In this document: positions 11,216 through 25,104 of the stretch, in pieces | Layout of the letters: every line of letters begins with the position of its first letter | Position numbering within the stretch: position 1 is the stretch's first letter | Assembly (NCBI RefSeq): GCF_030684315.1 | Contig: NC_081365.1 | Coordinates: 32,081,394 to 32,145,393, forward strand | DNA: 64,000 nt | Direction: 5' to 3' | Origin: Stegostoma tigrinum | Taxonomy: Eukaryota | Made by a program: the position numbers and the translations under genes | The notes under the pieces: generated by a model | The model's database searches: none | The model's input: only the letters and a program-made list of their open reading frames with translations | Told to the model about the DNA's origin: nothing

Positions 11216-14200
11216 TAATCAATTCATTTTATTCATTTCCAAATGCTATGTTTTTGACATATTTGACTGTTCAATGTCATATTTTAATACTTAATTCACT
11301 TGTATTTGTGTCAGGTTTCTGGTGAATAATTTTGAATATTGGCAGATATCTGTTAATTACATATTGATCCAAATTTTAAAAAAAACTTGGAAAAGGGGTA
11401 ATATAAAACACAAAAACTGATGTGCAGTCATGTCTGTGGCAATCATGTTAGAACTTGGTGGAAATTGTGTTGAGCCAAAATCAGATAACCTGAAACTCCA
11501 GTGTGTCCAACTACTTGGAACTTGGAGAGGCATCCAACCTGTGAGCTGCTCAGGGGAGGAGGCATTAAATTGTGTATTCTCAATTCTCAAGGCCTTCACA
11601 CTTATCTGGAGTCAAGGAGATATTTGGTCTTCAAGGAAGCAGCTCAGAGTGGAAGGCTATAAAATCACAGCCAAGTCTCAAGGCATACACCATTTAACTA
11701 GAGAGTTGGAGGGACAGTAAACCTGTGAGGGTGCAGATCTGAGTGGGAGGCTACAAAACATGGGCAAGTACAGGACTGGATGTTCATTATTGATGGGTCC
11801 AAGGTCTTCAGAAGAAATAACCAAGGAAGAAAGGAGAAGGACCGGTCGTAATGGCTAAGAAGAACTTTACAATGCTGTAGAAAGAGGATGTTTCAGAGTG
11901 TTTAAGTACAGATTCAATCTGGTCAGAGTGGAAGAATGAAATGGGTGCACTTACATCTATAGACCATTATCAAGTAGGAAGGATGTAGTGGATCAAAGGA
12001 AATTATAGGAAGATGTCAACAAAAACAAGTGGTCTTAATTGGGAACTTAATCTAAATGTAGACTGAATGTAGGGTGGACAGGGTCAAAATTTCTAAGATT
12101 GTGTTCAGGTTGATGCGCAAATCTGTAGCTGAATGATGGAATACATTCAATGGCTGCTTATCCTGAAGTCCAAGAAGCTCTGCAAAAATTGTACATAGCA
12201 ACCTTAGCAAAGAACATTCCCATCTCTCTGGATCAATCTTGCAAGAAAGGGAAGTCACCCTGGTAAAGGAGCTGGGCCATAAGGTCACCTGCAGCAAGGA
12301 ATGGATTCAATTCAAAGCATAGCATCATGTCTTCCAGGCGCTAAGCAGTGAGAGCAAAGAGGTTACTACAGCGATGACAGATGATTGGTTGTAAAGTAAG
12401 CTCTATGGTTCTAAAAGTAGAAAGTTCTTCTGGGCTAAAATCAAAAGAAAAACATGGGAAATATTTAAACAAAACTGACAATATCATTACAGACTTAATG
12501 CTTCATAGCAATGATATCCATCAGAAATGGGAATATCTGAGATGAATTAGGCTTTAAGTGAGTGAACAAATTGATGGTTGGAAATGAATAGACAGGAAAG
12601 ATTGTTATAGAGTAGAAGGCAGGATGGATTAAAAGTTAAAAAAAAGACTGTTGATAGTGCAAGGCCAAATGTAGTGGCAATAGGGCTAAAGTTTGAAAAA
12701 AATTGACATGCCTGGGTGTTCTGATCTTTTGATGCTCTGCATGTCACTAATTTGATATCTCAACTTTCTTTCTTCCTCTTTACATGCCAAGCTTGCTGCA
12801 TATTTCCAGCATTTTCTGCCTTTTTCAGATTCCAGCAACTGCAGTATCCCTCATTGGTGTTATATTTCTAGGAGGTGCATATGGTTGCTTACTGAATGTT
12901 AAAGAATCAGAAACAAGAGTACCACTAAAGAGAATTTTTTTTAAAAAGGGGGCAGAGATTACAATTTAAAATTGTTGAACTCAACATTGAGTGCAGAAAA
13001 CTGTCTCATCCTTAATTCTAACATGATTGCCACAGACATGATTGTACATCAGTGTTTGTGCTTTGTATTGGAACAAAAACTGATGTACAACTGGACATTT
13101 CACAACTTGACACTGGAAGTTTAAGGGTGAATGTGGGCAGGACAGCAATATCATCGCTCATGGATGGAACCTTGGGGGGGTCATTCCTGGATTCTGGACA
13201 TGAAGACCAGTCAGCAGTGCCACAAGTAAGGTTAAATGATCCAACATGAGTGGTCAGTGTCAGTGACTATATCTCCAAAAAGATATCTCTGACCCATCAA
13301 ACCACCAAACTCTGATTGCCCAGTGTACCACACTGACTCGCTTACCCAAAAGCATCAATAGTAGAGTATTCCGTGCTAAGCACACCTATGAAGAGTAAGT
13401 GCTAAGCAATGCCTAACAGAGGAGAATCAAAATATATGCCCTTGATATTCAGTGGGATTACTATTGCTGAATAAGCTATCATCAATACCCTTGGTGCCAT
13501 CATTTCCCAGAAATTGTGCTGGACCAGCCAGGTAAATACTGTAGCTGCAAGAACAGTGAATTCTGTGGCAAGTACTGTCCCCTCTGACTCCCCAAAGTCT
13601 GTCCATCACCTACAAGGCACAATTCAGGAGTATGGTGGAATACTCCACGTTTGCACTCCAGTGTAGCTCTGATGCAGGAAAGAAACCTGACATGATTCCT
13701 TTGACAGAACTTGTAGCACTGGCCTCTAAACACAGAGGCGAACATGCTCATCGTGTGGATGGGAGCAGTTTGCGGTTTACTGTTGTGTAAAGTGGGAGCA
13801 GGCAGATCACTGAGCACTTTTGTTAGAAGGGAGCTGGAAATATCTTGCCAGCATAAATCAAACAGCGTGAGGCAGTGACTTCAATAGGATTCCTACAATG
13901 CAGAGCGCGATCAGCTGCGTGCATCTCGCTTTCCTACTACTTTATGTCTACTCTTCCCTAGGCTGGGACTGATAGGTACTTCACCCCATCAATGTCAAAC
14001 TGGTGTGTGACCATAGACAGTAATGCATGCAGATCAAAATCCGAAAACCAGTCAGTAATTGATGTCTCAGTTCTGCAGCAGCCCACTATTCCAGATGTAT
14101 TAGAGCCACCATGTCGAACCAAGAGTAGAAAGAGCCAAGAACAGAATTTTTTAATTAAAAAATTCAGAGAATATTGGCATCACTGATTAGGCCAACATTC

Positions 14201-14662
14201 ACTGCTCATTCCTAAATGTCCTTGGGATGATGGTGAAGTAGGTAGAGGAACTCAGCAGGTGATTTCAGGAATTAGATGTGACGGAACTAATCACCCTGTT
14301 TTTCTGAAATCCATTCTTTCAAGTAGATACTGATGGGTTAGCTACCAAATTTCACCAGATGTTTGATGTATGAAATCAGCAGTCAATATAGAGACAACTA
14401 CAACCTAAAATGTTATTGAGCTAGGAGGGTTATTGAGCTAAAATGTTATTGAGATCAAGGGTCAGCGATTTTTGGGCAGTTGTAAACAGAGAAAAATCCC
14501 TGCTTCAGTCATCCTGTGCTGTTAGAGTGACATTGTACGTTGAGTCTGCATATCTCTATGAGACCATCATATTCAAATTTTGTATCCACCTCACAGATGA
14601 CCATTTAAATGGACTGCGTAGAACAGGCAGCCCAAACTTCAAACCAGACTTCTTGCAGATAA

Positions 14663-14755
14663 CAAGAATATATAAATATTATTTTGTCTTTGACTCACCA
14701 AATCTCAGACTGAGATTTAGTGAGTCAAAGACAAAATAACATTTATATATTCTTG
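14663..14755. repeat. 93-bp near-perfect palindrome
   Basis: 46-bp arms 14663-14708 and 14710-14755 with 2 mismatches and a 1-nt centre. Confidence 0.9.
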
Positions 14756-15276
14756 GTATTAGATTTATACAGCACTAAAAATGATTATGGGAAAGATCTC
14801 AGAGTTGCACTTAAATTCAAATAAGTAGTTGTGTGCTTAAAAAGCTTAGTGACCACTGGTAGAGATGATTCCCCTGACTCCTATTAACTTGAGTTTTACT
14901 GAGGCTTCTTGATGTCCTATTTGGGCGAAAGTAGTCCTGATATCAGGGCAGCTACTCTCACCACAACTCTTAAGTTCCGCAGTTTGTTCACAATTGGGCC
15001 AAGGCTATAAAAAAAAGAGGATCTGGAGCTGAGTGGCCCTGATGGGACTACGGCAACCTTCATAGGCACTAACAGCGTGTCTTTGCCTAGCCCTGAAGTT
15101 TCAGTTATGACTGCAGTAGGTAGCAGATTTCAATGAGTGTAGATATTGCAACATTGTTCCTCGATGGAGTTCAGGTGGAAGAGTTGAATGCATATCAGTT
15201 CTTTACAGAGCAATCCAATCTACCCCATTCTATCCAGTCAGCCCTGCAAATTTATTACCTCTTAAATACTAATCTA

Positions 15277-15410
15277 GGGGAGATGACAGTATAGCAGTAT
15301 TATCACTGGGCTAGTAATCCAGAATCCCCAGTCTAATGTTCTGCTAACATAGGGTTGAATCTCACCATGGCATATGGTGAAATTTAAATTCAATAAAATC
15401 TGGAATTAAA
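15277..15410 (+). mobile_element. tRNA-derived SINE 5' fragment
   Basis: Matches the head of 52965-53305. Confidence 0.65.
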
Positions 15411-15495
15411 AAATAGTTGAATTATGTCAAACAGCCATTTTTGTTTTTTTTTTCTCTGAATAATTTATAACATTCAATATGAAACCTGAGCATAT

Positions 15496-15740
15496 TTATA
15501 AGGTGAGAGGAGAAAGATTTAAAAAGGGCATGAGGGGCAATGTTTTACACCGACAGCGGTTCATGTGTGGAATGAGCTGCCAGGGGAAGTGGTGGATGCA
15601 GATACAGTTACATTGTTTAAAAGACATTTGGACAAGTACATGAGTAGGAATAATTTGGAGAGATATGGGCCAAACACAGGCAGTTGGGTCTAGTTTAGTG
15701 TGGACTAATTTGACCAAAGGTCTGCTTCCATGCTATATGT
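15496..15740 (+). mobile_element. CR1 3' end fragment
   Basis: Encodes a degenerate ...FTxRxVxxWNxLP... ORF2 C-terminus followed by 3' UTR. Confidence 0.7.
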
Positions 15741-15877
15741 CTCTCTCTAGTTCTGGGTTTAAATACACAAAAAAAAACAATTTTCAGATAACTTTATGGT
15801 CTCTCCCTCATAGTAGCACTAGTTTGGGGCTGTTCATATTGTTGAATATGTGTGTACCTGTGGCAGACAGAATCTTA

Positions 15878-17165
15878 GAAACATAGAAAATATGGACAAG
15901 AGTGGGCCATTTGGCCCTTAATCTTGTTCTGCCATTCAATATGATCACGTCTGCACATCCTACTCAGTACCCTATTCCCACTTTTGCCCAATACTCTTTA
16001 ACCCCTTTAGCCTTAAGAAGCATATCCATCTCCTGAATGAAAACGTTCAATGTTTTCCACAGGGTAAAGACATTTTTCCCTCATCTGTCTTAATCAATCA
16101 AAATCCTGATAAAAATCCACCTTCTTTTTTTGCTACCAATGAGGATAACTCCACAAAACAAAACCCAACTGCTTCATCTGCCATGCATTTGCCCACTCAC
16201 TCAACTTATCCAAATCACACTGAAGTATCTCCGCATCCTCCTCTCAACTCACCCTCCTATACAGTTTCATGTCATCTGAAAACAGAGATATTACATTTAG
16301 TTCCATCATCTAAATCATTAATATTATTATGAAAAGTGGGGGCAAAAGAACAGATACCCTACTAGTCAATAACTGACATTTCACTGATAAATGACCAACA
16401 CTCAGAATTATCCATGTATTCCTACTCTTTGATTCCTTTCTGCCAAACAGTTCTTTATCCATGTCAGTACTCTACCCCCAATCTCATGTGCTTTAATTTT
16501 CCATGCTAACCTCTTTTTTGGGACCTTACTGAATGCCTTCTGAAAGCCCAAGTGAACCACATCAACTGGTTCCCCTTTTTCACCTCTACTAGTTATAGTT
16601 ATATTCTGAAAAAAAAATTCAAATGAATTTGTCAAGCAGGATTTCCCCTTTGTAAAAGCATGCTGGCTTTGTTTCATCCTATCACTGTTTTCCAAGTGCA
16701 TTGCTATTCGGTTGTTAAAAGTGGGCTCTAGCATTTTACCTGCTACCAATGTCAGGCTAGTCAGTCTTTAATTCCACTTCTTCTCTCTACCTCCTTTTTA
16801 AATAGTGATACATTAGCTACCCTCCAATCTAAAAAGGAACAGCTCCACGCCTGTAGAATCATAAAAGATGACCATTCTTTCTCAGATCACTTCCTTAAGT
16901 ACCTGGAACATAGATTATCGGATTCTGGAGATTTGTTTGCCTTTAATCCCAACAGTGTCACCAACACCATCAGCTTCAGTCTCACTAGAACATATGTTCC
17001 CCAACAATTTTGGGATTTTTTTTGTCCTGCTTTGTGAAGCTAGAACCAAAATATGTATCTAATTGATCTGCTGTACATTTCTCCTCCATATATCTTGCCC
17101 TGTTTCTAGCTGTAAGGGACCAACATTTGTCTTCACTAATCATATTTGATAAGTTAGCATTGCTT
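15878..17165 (-). mobile_element. CR1 LINE RT remnant
   Basis: ORF 16408-16749 (QSQHAFTKGKSCLTN...VDVVHLGFQKAFSKVP) is CR1 RT. Confidence 0.85.
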
Positions 17166-17429
17166 AGAGCTTGACGTGATGATCTTTCTACTCTGCATGC
17201 TACTGGCATTGTCAGATTTTCAGGAGTTGATATGGAAGTGAAAACATGAGATCCCAAAGATGGTAATTGCTGTATTTCATTAGAAATTGGAAGTAGGGAA
17301 AACAAATATGTGACTGGAAGATTAGCTTTAGATACTTGAGCAAAAGCGATGAATTTCACACTGGATTCAGGTCTGGATTCAACGCCTTCACAGGGAAGTT
17401 CACTAATTTGTTTGGAGAAGGATTAGACA

Positions 17430-19050
17430 TGCCAGAGAAATAGGCACCAGTTTATAAAAGTAAACGTTGGACAGTATTAGAGAGGGAAATCATAGTATTA
17501 GATAGGAGCAAACTAAAAGGGACTACAAGGAATGCAAAGGCAAGATTACAAAGCATATATGCAAATGTTCAAAATATTGCAAATAAGACTGCTGAGCTGA
17601 AAGCACAAATAGCAGTGTAGAGATAATAACTTTGTGGCATTGTGATCTGGATGTACATTATTGCACAATCCTCATAATCAATGATATTGTTAGAAAAGGC
17701 TGTGAAGGGGAAAATTATTAGGGAAGTTACGGCAGTGTTGGAAGAGTGGATGTCCTTGAGGAGGCAAGAGTGGAGACTATATGCTAAAAGAAATAAGATC
17801 ACACTACTTGGAGTATTCTAAAGGCCTCCAAATAGTAAAAAAGAGATTTTAGGACAATAAATATTCAAAGAATTATTAGAGACATTCAAGAAATATGGAG
17901 TGATGATACCTAGGGACTTTGATTACCCAAATTTTGATTGGGATAATAATATGACTTTGAAAAATGGAAGAGTGTTAATTTCAATATGATGAGCAAAGAT
18001 TGAACCAGGGTTAAATTGGAATTACATAAGGAAATCTCTAGAAGAACAGTAGGTGGCCTTAAAGGAAGTGATAGATCAGTTAAAGGCTGGTTGTACTCCA
18101 ATAGGGCAAAGGGGGACCAAAAATAGGAATTGTTGAATGACAAGGGAGGTATAGGTAAGACGAAGTGAAAAAAGTGGTTCATGATGCATTTCAGATTGAA
18201 TTCTTCAAGTGAGCACCATTTTAAATGAAATAGCTTGAGACGAGCTGAAAATAGGATGGGAACAAAAAAAAATAGAAACGGCAAACAATGTAAAAGGAAA
18301 TCCAAAATCTTCCGTCAACGTATAAAGATGAAGCATGTAGGAGGAGGTGAATTGGATCTGACTAGGAGAAAGGTGTGCTTAGAGATGCAGGGCAATGCTT
18401 GAACTTGAAAAACTTTGTTTCAGTGTTCATTAATTATGATAATTCAGACAAAAATATCTCTCAAAACATAGGATTTAGGGATATAAGTGAGACATTTGGC
18501 CCTATGAGTCTGCTGGGGTTTGGGGGTGAGGGAAATGGTGAAAGCATAATGGAAACAATAGGTAGTGTGAGAATTGAAAAGTGGGGATGCAGAAAATATT
18601 GGTTTTTTCTAGGACAAGCACCTGATCCAGGTGTCTTGCCTCCCAGCTTGATAAATGAAATAGGAAGGGTCAGGGTTAGAGATATTGGAAGTGCCTCTCT
18701 TAATCTTTCAAATCTTACCTACATTTGGAGTGGGCACCCAATGACAGAGTGTAAACATGACATCCTTTTACAAGGAAGGGTGTAAGATGAATCCTGGAAA
18801 CCACAGGCTGGTGGCAAGGTTTTTAGAATCTGTAATCAAGGAGAAAAAAATAACAAATGTCATTTGCATTAATTGAGGACAGCCTGTAGCAATTTGGAAA
18901 AGACCAATTACTCTTTAATAAATTCAATGAAATTTTTTTGTGAATAATGCAGACGGTTGATGAAGGCGGTGTGATTGCTGTTGTCTACAGGAATTTTAAG
19001 AAAGCATTTCACAAAATACCACATAAAAGGCTCATTACCTAAATTGATAC
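17430..19050 (+). mobile_element. Old CR1 ORF2 (endonuclease to RT) remnant
   Basis: Degenerate TLLGVFxRPPNS, GDFxYP and DFKKAFxKIPHKRL-like segments. Confidence 0.65.
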
Positions 19051-19129
19051 TCAGAATAAGAAGGTCAGTATCCAACTGATCTTTTCAAAAAATTTAAGCA
19101 TAAAAAGGAAAGAAAAGGAAGTTGAGTCT

Positions 19130-19640
19130 GCAGAATAAGAGTGGAGGCATGCTAACTGACTTACGTCAAACTCCTGATCTGGCAGCACCTTCATTTTAAA
19201 ATTGACACCCTTGTTTTTCAATTTCTTCTTTGTGTCTCCCTTCCCTCTCTTTTTAAACTTGTCCAGCTCTACAATTCTTGAGATCTGCACCTTCATCCAA
19301 TTCCGGCCTCTTGTTCATCACTGACATCTTTCTTCATTCCATCACCAGTGGCCATATCTTCAGCTGTTTAGACCTTAATTTGTTGACAAAACCCCTTTAA
19401 ACCTATCTCTTTCCTTCTGGATGCTGCTCCGTCAAGCCTATCTCCTTAACTAAGCTTTGGTTCACCAAACTGAATATCTGCTTGAAGGGTCTCGGCCCAA
19501 AATGTCAGCTTCTGTACTCCTAAGATGCTGCTTGGCCTGCCGTGTTCAACGAGTTCCACGCTTTGTTACCTGCTTATACAGTTCAATGTTCACTATTTCA
19601 TGCAATTGCACATGTGATGTGCATTGGGATGTGTCTACAT
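19130..19640 (+). mobile_element. L2-like LINE 3' remnant with nested Penelope-like repeat (~19483-19571)
   Basis: Nested copy matches 2558-2650; flanks resemble L2 3' regions. Confidence 0.5.
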
Positions 19641-19960
19641 TGAAAAGGTATTCAGATTTTTGTTGCTTACAGGATTTTAGGGAGGAAGAATTATTTTGAA
19701 TAATTCACTTAGGATAAAACATTTCCTTTTCATGCATTAGTTATCTGAGACCTATTTCCTATGAGGTGAACACAATACTAGTTTCTGTCTGATTGAACTG
19801 GGTCATTGCACCACAAATGTCAAGATGAATGTTTAGAAAAAGGAAGTTCTGGACATCAGTAACCATTTCAAATATGTTGCAATATCTTTACAATTAACAT
19901 TATTAAGAAGAAAAGAATGGCTTGCATTTCTATAGTGTCTTGTGCAAAAACTAGGACATA

Positions 19961-20252
19961 ATCGTGGAGGTAGCTTTTACAAGAGGACATACTTTTAAAG
20001 TGAGTGGAGGTAGATATCGGGGAGACGTCAGAGGTAGGTTCTCTACTCAGAGTGGCAGGGGCATGAAATGCATTGCTGGAGAGGGTAGTGGAGTCGGCCT
20101 TATTAGGGGCATTTAAGCAGCTATTAGATAGGCATATGGATGATAGTAAAAGGTAGGAGTGGAGGTTAGATAGACCTTAGGTTTCGGGTACAAGTTTGGC
20201 ACAACATTGTGGGCCAAAGGGCCTGTACTGTGCTGTACTGTTCTATGTTCTA
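19961..20252 (+). mobile_element. Younger CR1 3' end
   Basis: Encodes RGHTFKVSGGRYRGDVRGRF-like ORF2 end; ends in a TGTTCTA repeat tail. Confidence 0.8.
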
Positions 20253-20299
20253 TCATACTGTTAAAGTTAATAGCACTCTGGAGGGTTTGAAAACTTCAA

Positions 20300-21910
20300 A
20301 ACACCAAAGATTTATTAGAAATAAAATCAAAACAGCTAAGATGAACCACAAAAGGAAACTAGTAGGAAATGAAAAGCACTGGCACCAAAATCTTCTGTAA
20401 GTATAACAAAAGGAGGACAATACTGAAAGTAAATGCTGGCTCTTCAGAGGACTAAAGTGGTGAGGTAATAATGGGAAACACAAATGGTGGAAACACTAAG
20501 CCAGTATTTTGTCAGTTTTCACAGTGGAAGATAATTTTTTTCCCAGAAACTGCAGTTACTACAGAGGAACTTGGTGAAATTACTGTAACTAGTGAGAGAG
20601 TATTCAGTAAACTAATGGAATTAAGGGCAGACAAGTCCCAGAGACCGGCATTCTAGGGTATTAAAGGAGTTGGCAGCAGAGACAGTGGATGTATTAGTTA
20701 TGAATTTTCCAGAATTCCCTGAATTCTGGAAAGGTACCAGTGGATGGAAACATGCTAATGCAACACATTAATTCAAAAAGGAGACAGGCAAAAAAAAAGG
20801 GCAAGTATAGATCATTTAGTTTGACTTCTGTAGTGGGAAGTTGTTGGAGTCAGACATAAAGGAGGAGATAATGGAACACTTGGAAAAAAACACTGCTCAT
20901 TTCACCAGTGTCAGCACGGTTTCCAAGAAGGACAAGTCATTCTTGATAAACTTGCTGGAGCTCTTTTAGGATGTAACCAGCAAAAATGCAAAATGGGGAT
21001 CCAGTGCTACATCTAAACTTCCAGAAAATATTTGACAAGGTGCCGCATAAAAGACAGATTCAGAAAGTTTAGATCTGGGGTGAGGGGTGGGGTAAGCAGA
21101 GTATTGGCTTGGATAAAGGATTGAATGACTGACAGAAATCAGAGGGTCAGGATAAATGGGTCCTTCTCTGGATGGTGAACTCTAACTAGTGGGGGTGCTG
21201 CAGTGTTCAGTTCTCAGACCTCAGCTATTTACAATCTCTATCAAATGATCTTCAAGCAGGCTCAGAGTGTAACATAGCAAAATTAACAGTTGATACTTAA
21301 ATAGGTGGGAAAGCAGGCTGTGATGAGGAGATAAAGAGCTTACAGATGGTTATTGATAGGCTAGGAGAATGGGACAGTATCTGGTAGATGGAGTTTAATG
21401 TGGATAGGTGCAAGGTTATCTGTTTTGGTTGGAAAAGATAGAACAGCAAACTATTATTTAAATGGGAAGCAGATTCAACATGTGTCAGTGCAAAGGGATC
21501 TGGACATCTTTATGCATGGATCACAGAGAGTGGCTATATAGGTGTAGCAGATAATAAGGACAGCAAATGGAATCCTGGCATTTATTGCAAAAGGACTGGA
21601 CTATGAAAGGTAACAAAAAGTGTTGTTACAATTATAGAAAACATTTGTGAGACCATGCCTTGAGTGTTGTGTCCTGTTTTGGTTTCCTTAAGGAAAGGTG
21701 TGGTGGCACTGGAAGCAGTTCAGAGGAGGTTCACCTAGTCGATTCCAGGGATGAATGGGTTGTCATGTGGAACAATTAAAAGATTCAGGCTTGTCTTTGC
21801 AGCAGTTCAGAAGAACGAGGAGGGATCTCATTGAGTTATACAAAATACTAAAGGGGATTGATAAGGTGGGCATTGAACAGATGTTTTTCTTTGTGGGACC
21901 ATCTATGTCA
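20300..21910 (+). mobile_element. CR1 ORF2 remnant
   Basis: FDKVPHKR, GVxQxSVL and LVRPxLExCVxFW-like motifs in broken frames. Confidence 0.8.
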
Positions 21911-24900
21911 ATGACATCTTGTTTGAGACTGAGTTAGAGGAGGTAGACATCAGTGTTTACATAGTATGACATCTTCCTGCAAAGGCTCAGTGAGATTGTC
22001 AAATGAACTATGAAGCAAGGCATTACCAGGTTCAATCCCTATCCCGTACTAGATAACCTGTAATCAGAAGAACATTACCATTAGCTTCAATGATGGAAAG
22101 TTAGGAAGAGGAAAATTAATCAAAGTTCTAATGCCTGATAATTATCCAGTAATTCCTGGCAACATTGTGCAAGGCAAGGTTAGTGAGAAAAGATTTGATT
22201 CTTATGATGTTTAATGTATTTCGGTAGCTTGCAAATACCCTAGAGGAACCTTCTGCTGCCAGAAGTGGTGAGCCTGGAGGAGAAAAAGGCACTTAATATT
22301 ACTCAAGTTGATGGTATGCCCAAACTCTGCTACTTTCCCAGCCCTGAGAATTAAAAATTGGCCAAAAAATCCTTTGACTTGCTACCAATTGAAACTCTTA
22401 AGTGATCAATTAAGGAACACTTAAAGGGCCTTAGTCTTTTGCTACTGGGATTCACCCAGCTGCAGACAAAGCTGCCGCTGTGTGGTGTTTCTCATAGCTG
22501 CAACTCTGTAAGCAGCTTCTTACACCAGGATGAAAAGCAGTCAGTGTCTGATGGAGAGACTTGACATCATTTATGGAGATTACCATTGGGAATCACACTC
22601 TGTTCATGCTTCCAACTCCAACGTTGACCTCTTCATACAGACTCCAACCTGATGAACCTCTCCACTCATCCATCTAAGAAAAAAATCTCTGCCCTGGTCC
22701 TTTGCAGTGCTCCGGGGCACACTTTCCCCAGTAGCTACAGACTTCACTGTGATGCCACTAAGTGTAAGAGTTGCTGGCTTCCAATCAGACAGCAGATCTC
22801 ACTGCATGGAACCTGCCCAGGGGACTTGATTTCAGGGTAGGCCAGCTGGTGGCTTTACCAATGCCTGATTGGCAATGTGGTTCAGAACCTCCTTCTTGGA
22901 AAAGGCAGTGCAGTTATTTCTAGCTGCCTAATGAGACCCCCTACTCTTCAACAATTACATGAATAAGTGATATCTCTAGGAGCAATGGCAGAAATCAAAC
23001 CACAGCATGTTGTAAGCTAAAGACAGGGAAACAAATTAATGAGAAAAAGAATGTTGTATCACTGTTACTGCCTTTCTTTCTTGGTACGGCTCATCTTTAA
23101 TGGGTTTATCTAAAATATCCTTGTGCACCGAATGATATTGTAGTGTGGCAGGTCCTGCAGTACAACCAAAGCGTCATGTTTGATGATTTAGCTAAGCTGG
23201 AAGCAAAGGTCTTAATGCAGTTATTGGTAAAGTAAACAAGGTTTACCATGTTTGGTTGCTTCCAATTTAATAATTTTTAAAATTTCATACAGAAATAAGC
23301 CCATGACCTTTTTGGTAAAGGATGGCGTGACTTCTTGAAACAGGCAGCCTGGGGTTATGTTTTATTCGTTTATGAACATTTTCAAAGACAAATTACTTCA
23401 ATTAGAATTGTGGATATGCTGAAAAGGTCACCACCATTTTGGTTAGCATTTTATTGTGCTTTTCTGACCACTGCTGATAATACCGGAAACATCGGCACCC
23501 AAGTATTTTCACTTCTAATTCACATTTACTGTTCTTAAAAAGGTCATACACAAAGATTTAGATATTTTCAAATCACAGCCTCCCCAGATTATTGATCATC
23601 ATTTTTTTTTCAAAACAGGCACATTTAATTTTGCTGTTATATCATCGTGTATCAAATTATTCTGTCTGCCATGACTTTTAATACTCACGTTTACAAACAA
23701 AAAAAATTATTTTTTTGCTATTTGATATTGTTGTGATCTCAACTGATGTATTAATGGACAGTTCAGATACCAGAATGAAACTTTAAATGAGAGCACAAAT
23801 GTAATTTTTGTTTTGTTTACCTTAGAAGTCAGTCACTAATGTACCTTTAACAAAATAATTTAACAGTCTATACAGAAAAAAAATACACAAACTATACAGT
23901 AATTAAAATGATTCTCATTACAAATATCAAAAGTAATTTCATGTATTTTACTCCAGCAAGTAACCTGACAGGCATTAAGTGATCCATTTTCTGAATGTTG
24001 AAACATCTTGCTCAGCTGCCATAGCTGTAATGGGTTTCCTAAAAGCAAATCCCTGCGGATTCCATAGATACTATTTTCTTCAGTTAATGTCTCTTCTGAG
24101 AGAACTCAGTTCACTATTGCTAAACATGGGTCCCCAAACTTAATGTCGTCAACAACCTTGTAGGATGTCTTCCTCTCTCACCACCACCTTCCCCTCTACA
24201 AACTGCCCTTTGTTTCTGTGCCCTTTTGTCTCTTACCTACCTAGGATTTTGTTCCATTTGTCCCTGCTGTTTGGAGACTGCTCTGGACAGAACCTCTGCC
24301 ATTATGGACCCCTTCTCCCAGAATGGATCGGCTTTTGGCTTCTCTATTTATTGGTCATAGAACTCAAATCCATCTCCCCAGGCGGCTGGCAGGTAATTTA
24401 GCTCAAATCACATGACTTCTTTTAAATTCTGTTTTGAACTCAATATTCAGAATAACTCTGACCTTTATATATATATATAAAATAAAGACCTTGACAGAAT
24501 CCATTTTTCTTCCACTTTAGAGCCCAGATTCTCAAATCATAACAATATATTATGAATCTTCATAGCAATATTCTCCACATCCTTGCTACCTTTGCATCTT
24601 TAAGAATGGTACAGCATGTGTATCTTGTTTTAACTGATTTCCAGACACTTCTGTTGATTTCTCATCTCAAAAAAGTGAGAATTCTTGCAGCTACAGTTTC
24701 ATAAGTGACAGTAGTTATCTAAACGCTAATTTATTCACCTTCCTGTGTAAAGCAAGGTCTTGCTTAAGAGCTGAAGGGGGGACAATGCCTAGGTTCAGGG
24801 AAAGGGGACAAACTGACCAATTGCCTGCAATACCTGGTGTACACCAAAAACACATGCAAGGTGATACTTGTACTGCCCTGGCTTTTGGTAATGAGTGGCA

Positions 24901-25104
24901 AACTCACTGATTTTTCAACTGTGGTCAGTAAACGAACATCTCGTTATTATGGTACAACTGCCAGAACCGTGATCTGAGGAACGTTCGGATTTACGCTCTT
25001 GATATCCTGCTAACCTGTTCAGTGGCCTACGATAGAAATAACTCTCAATTTTCCTTAAACTTGTACCGTGATTAAGTGTTGGCCAAATGAGAGGAGTAAC
25101 CATG

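Noticed and set aside
14443-14739. 98-aa ORF in non-repeat sequence
   Set aside because: No recognisable domain or convincing splice context; partly explained by the palindrome
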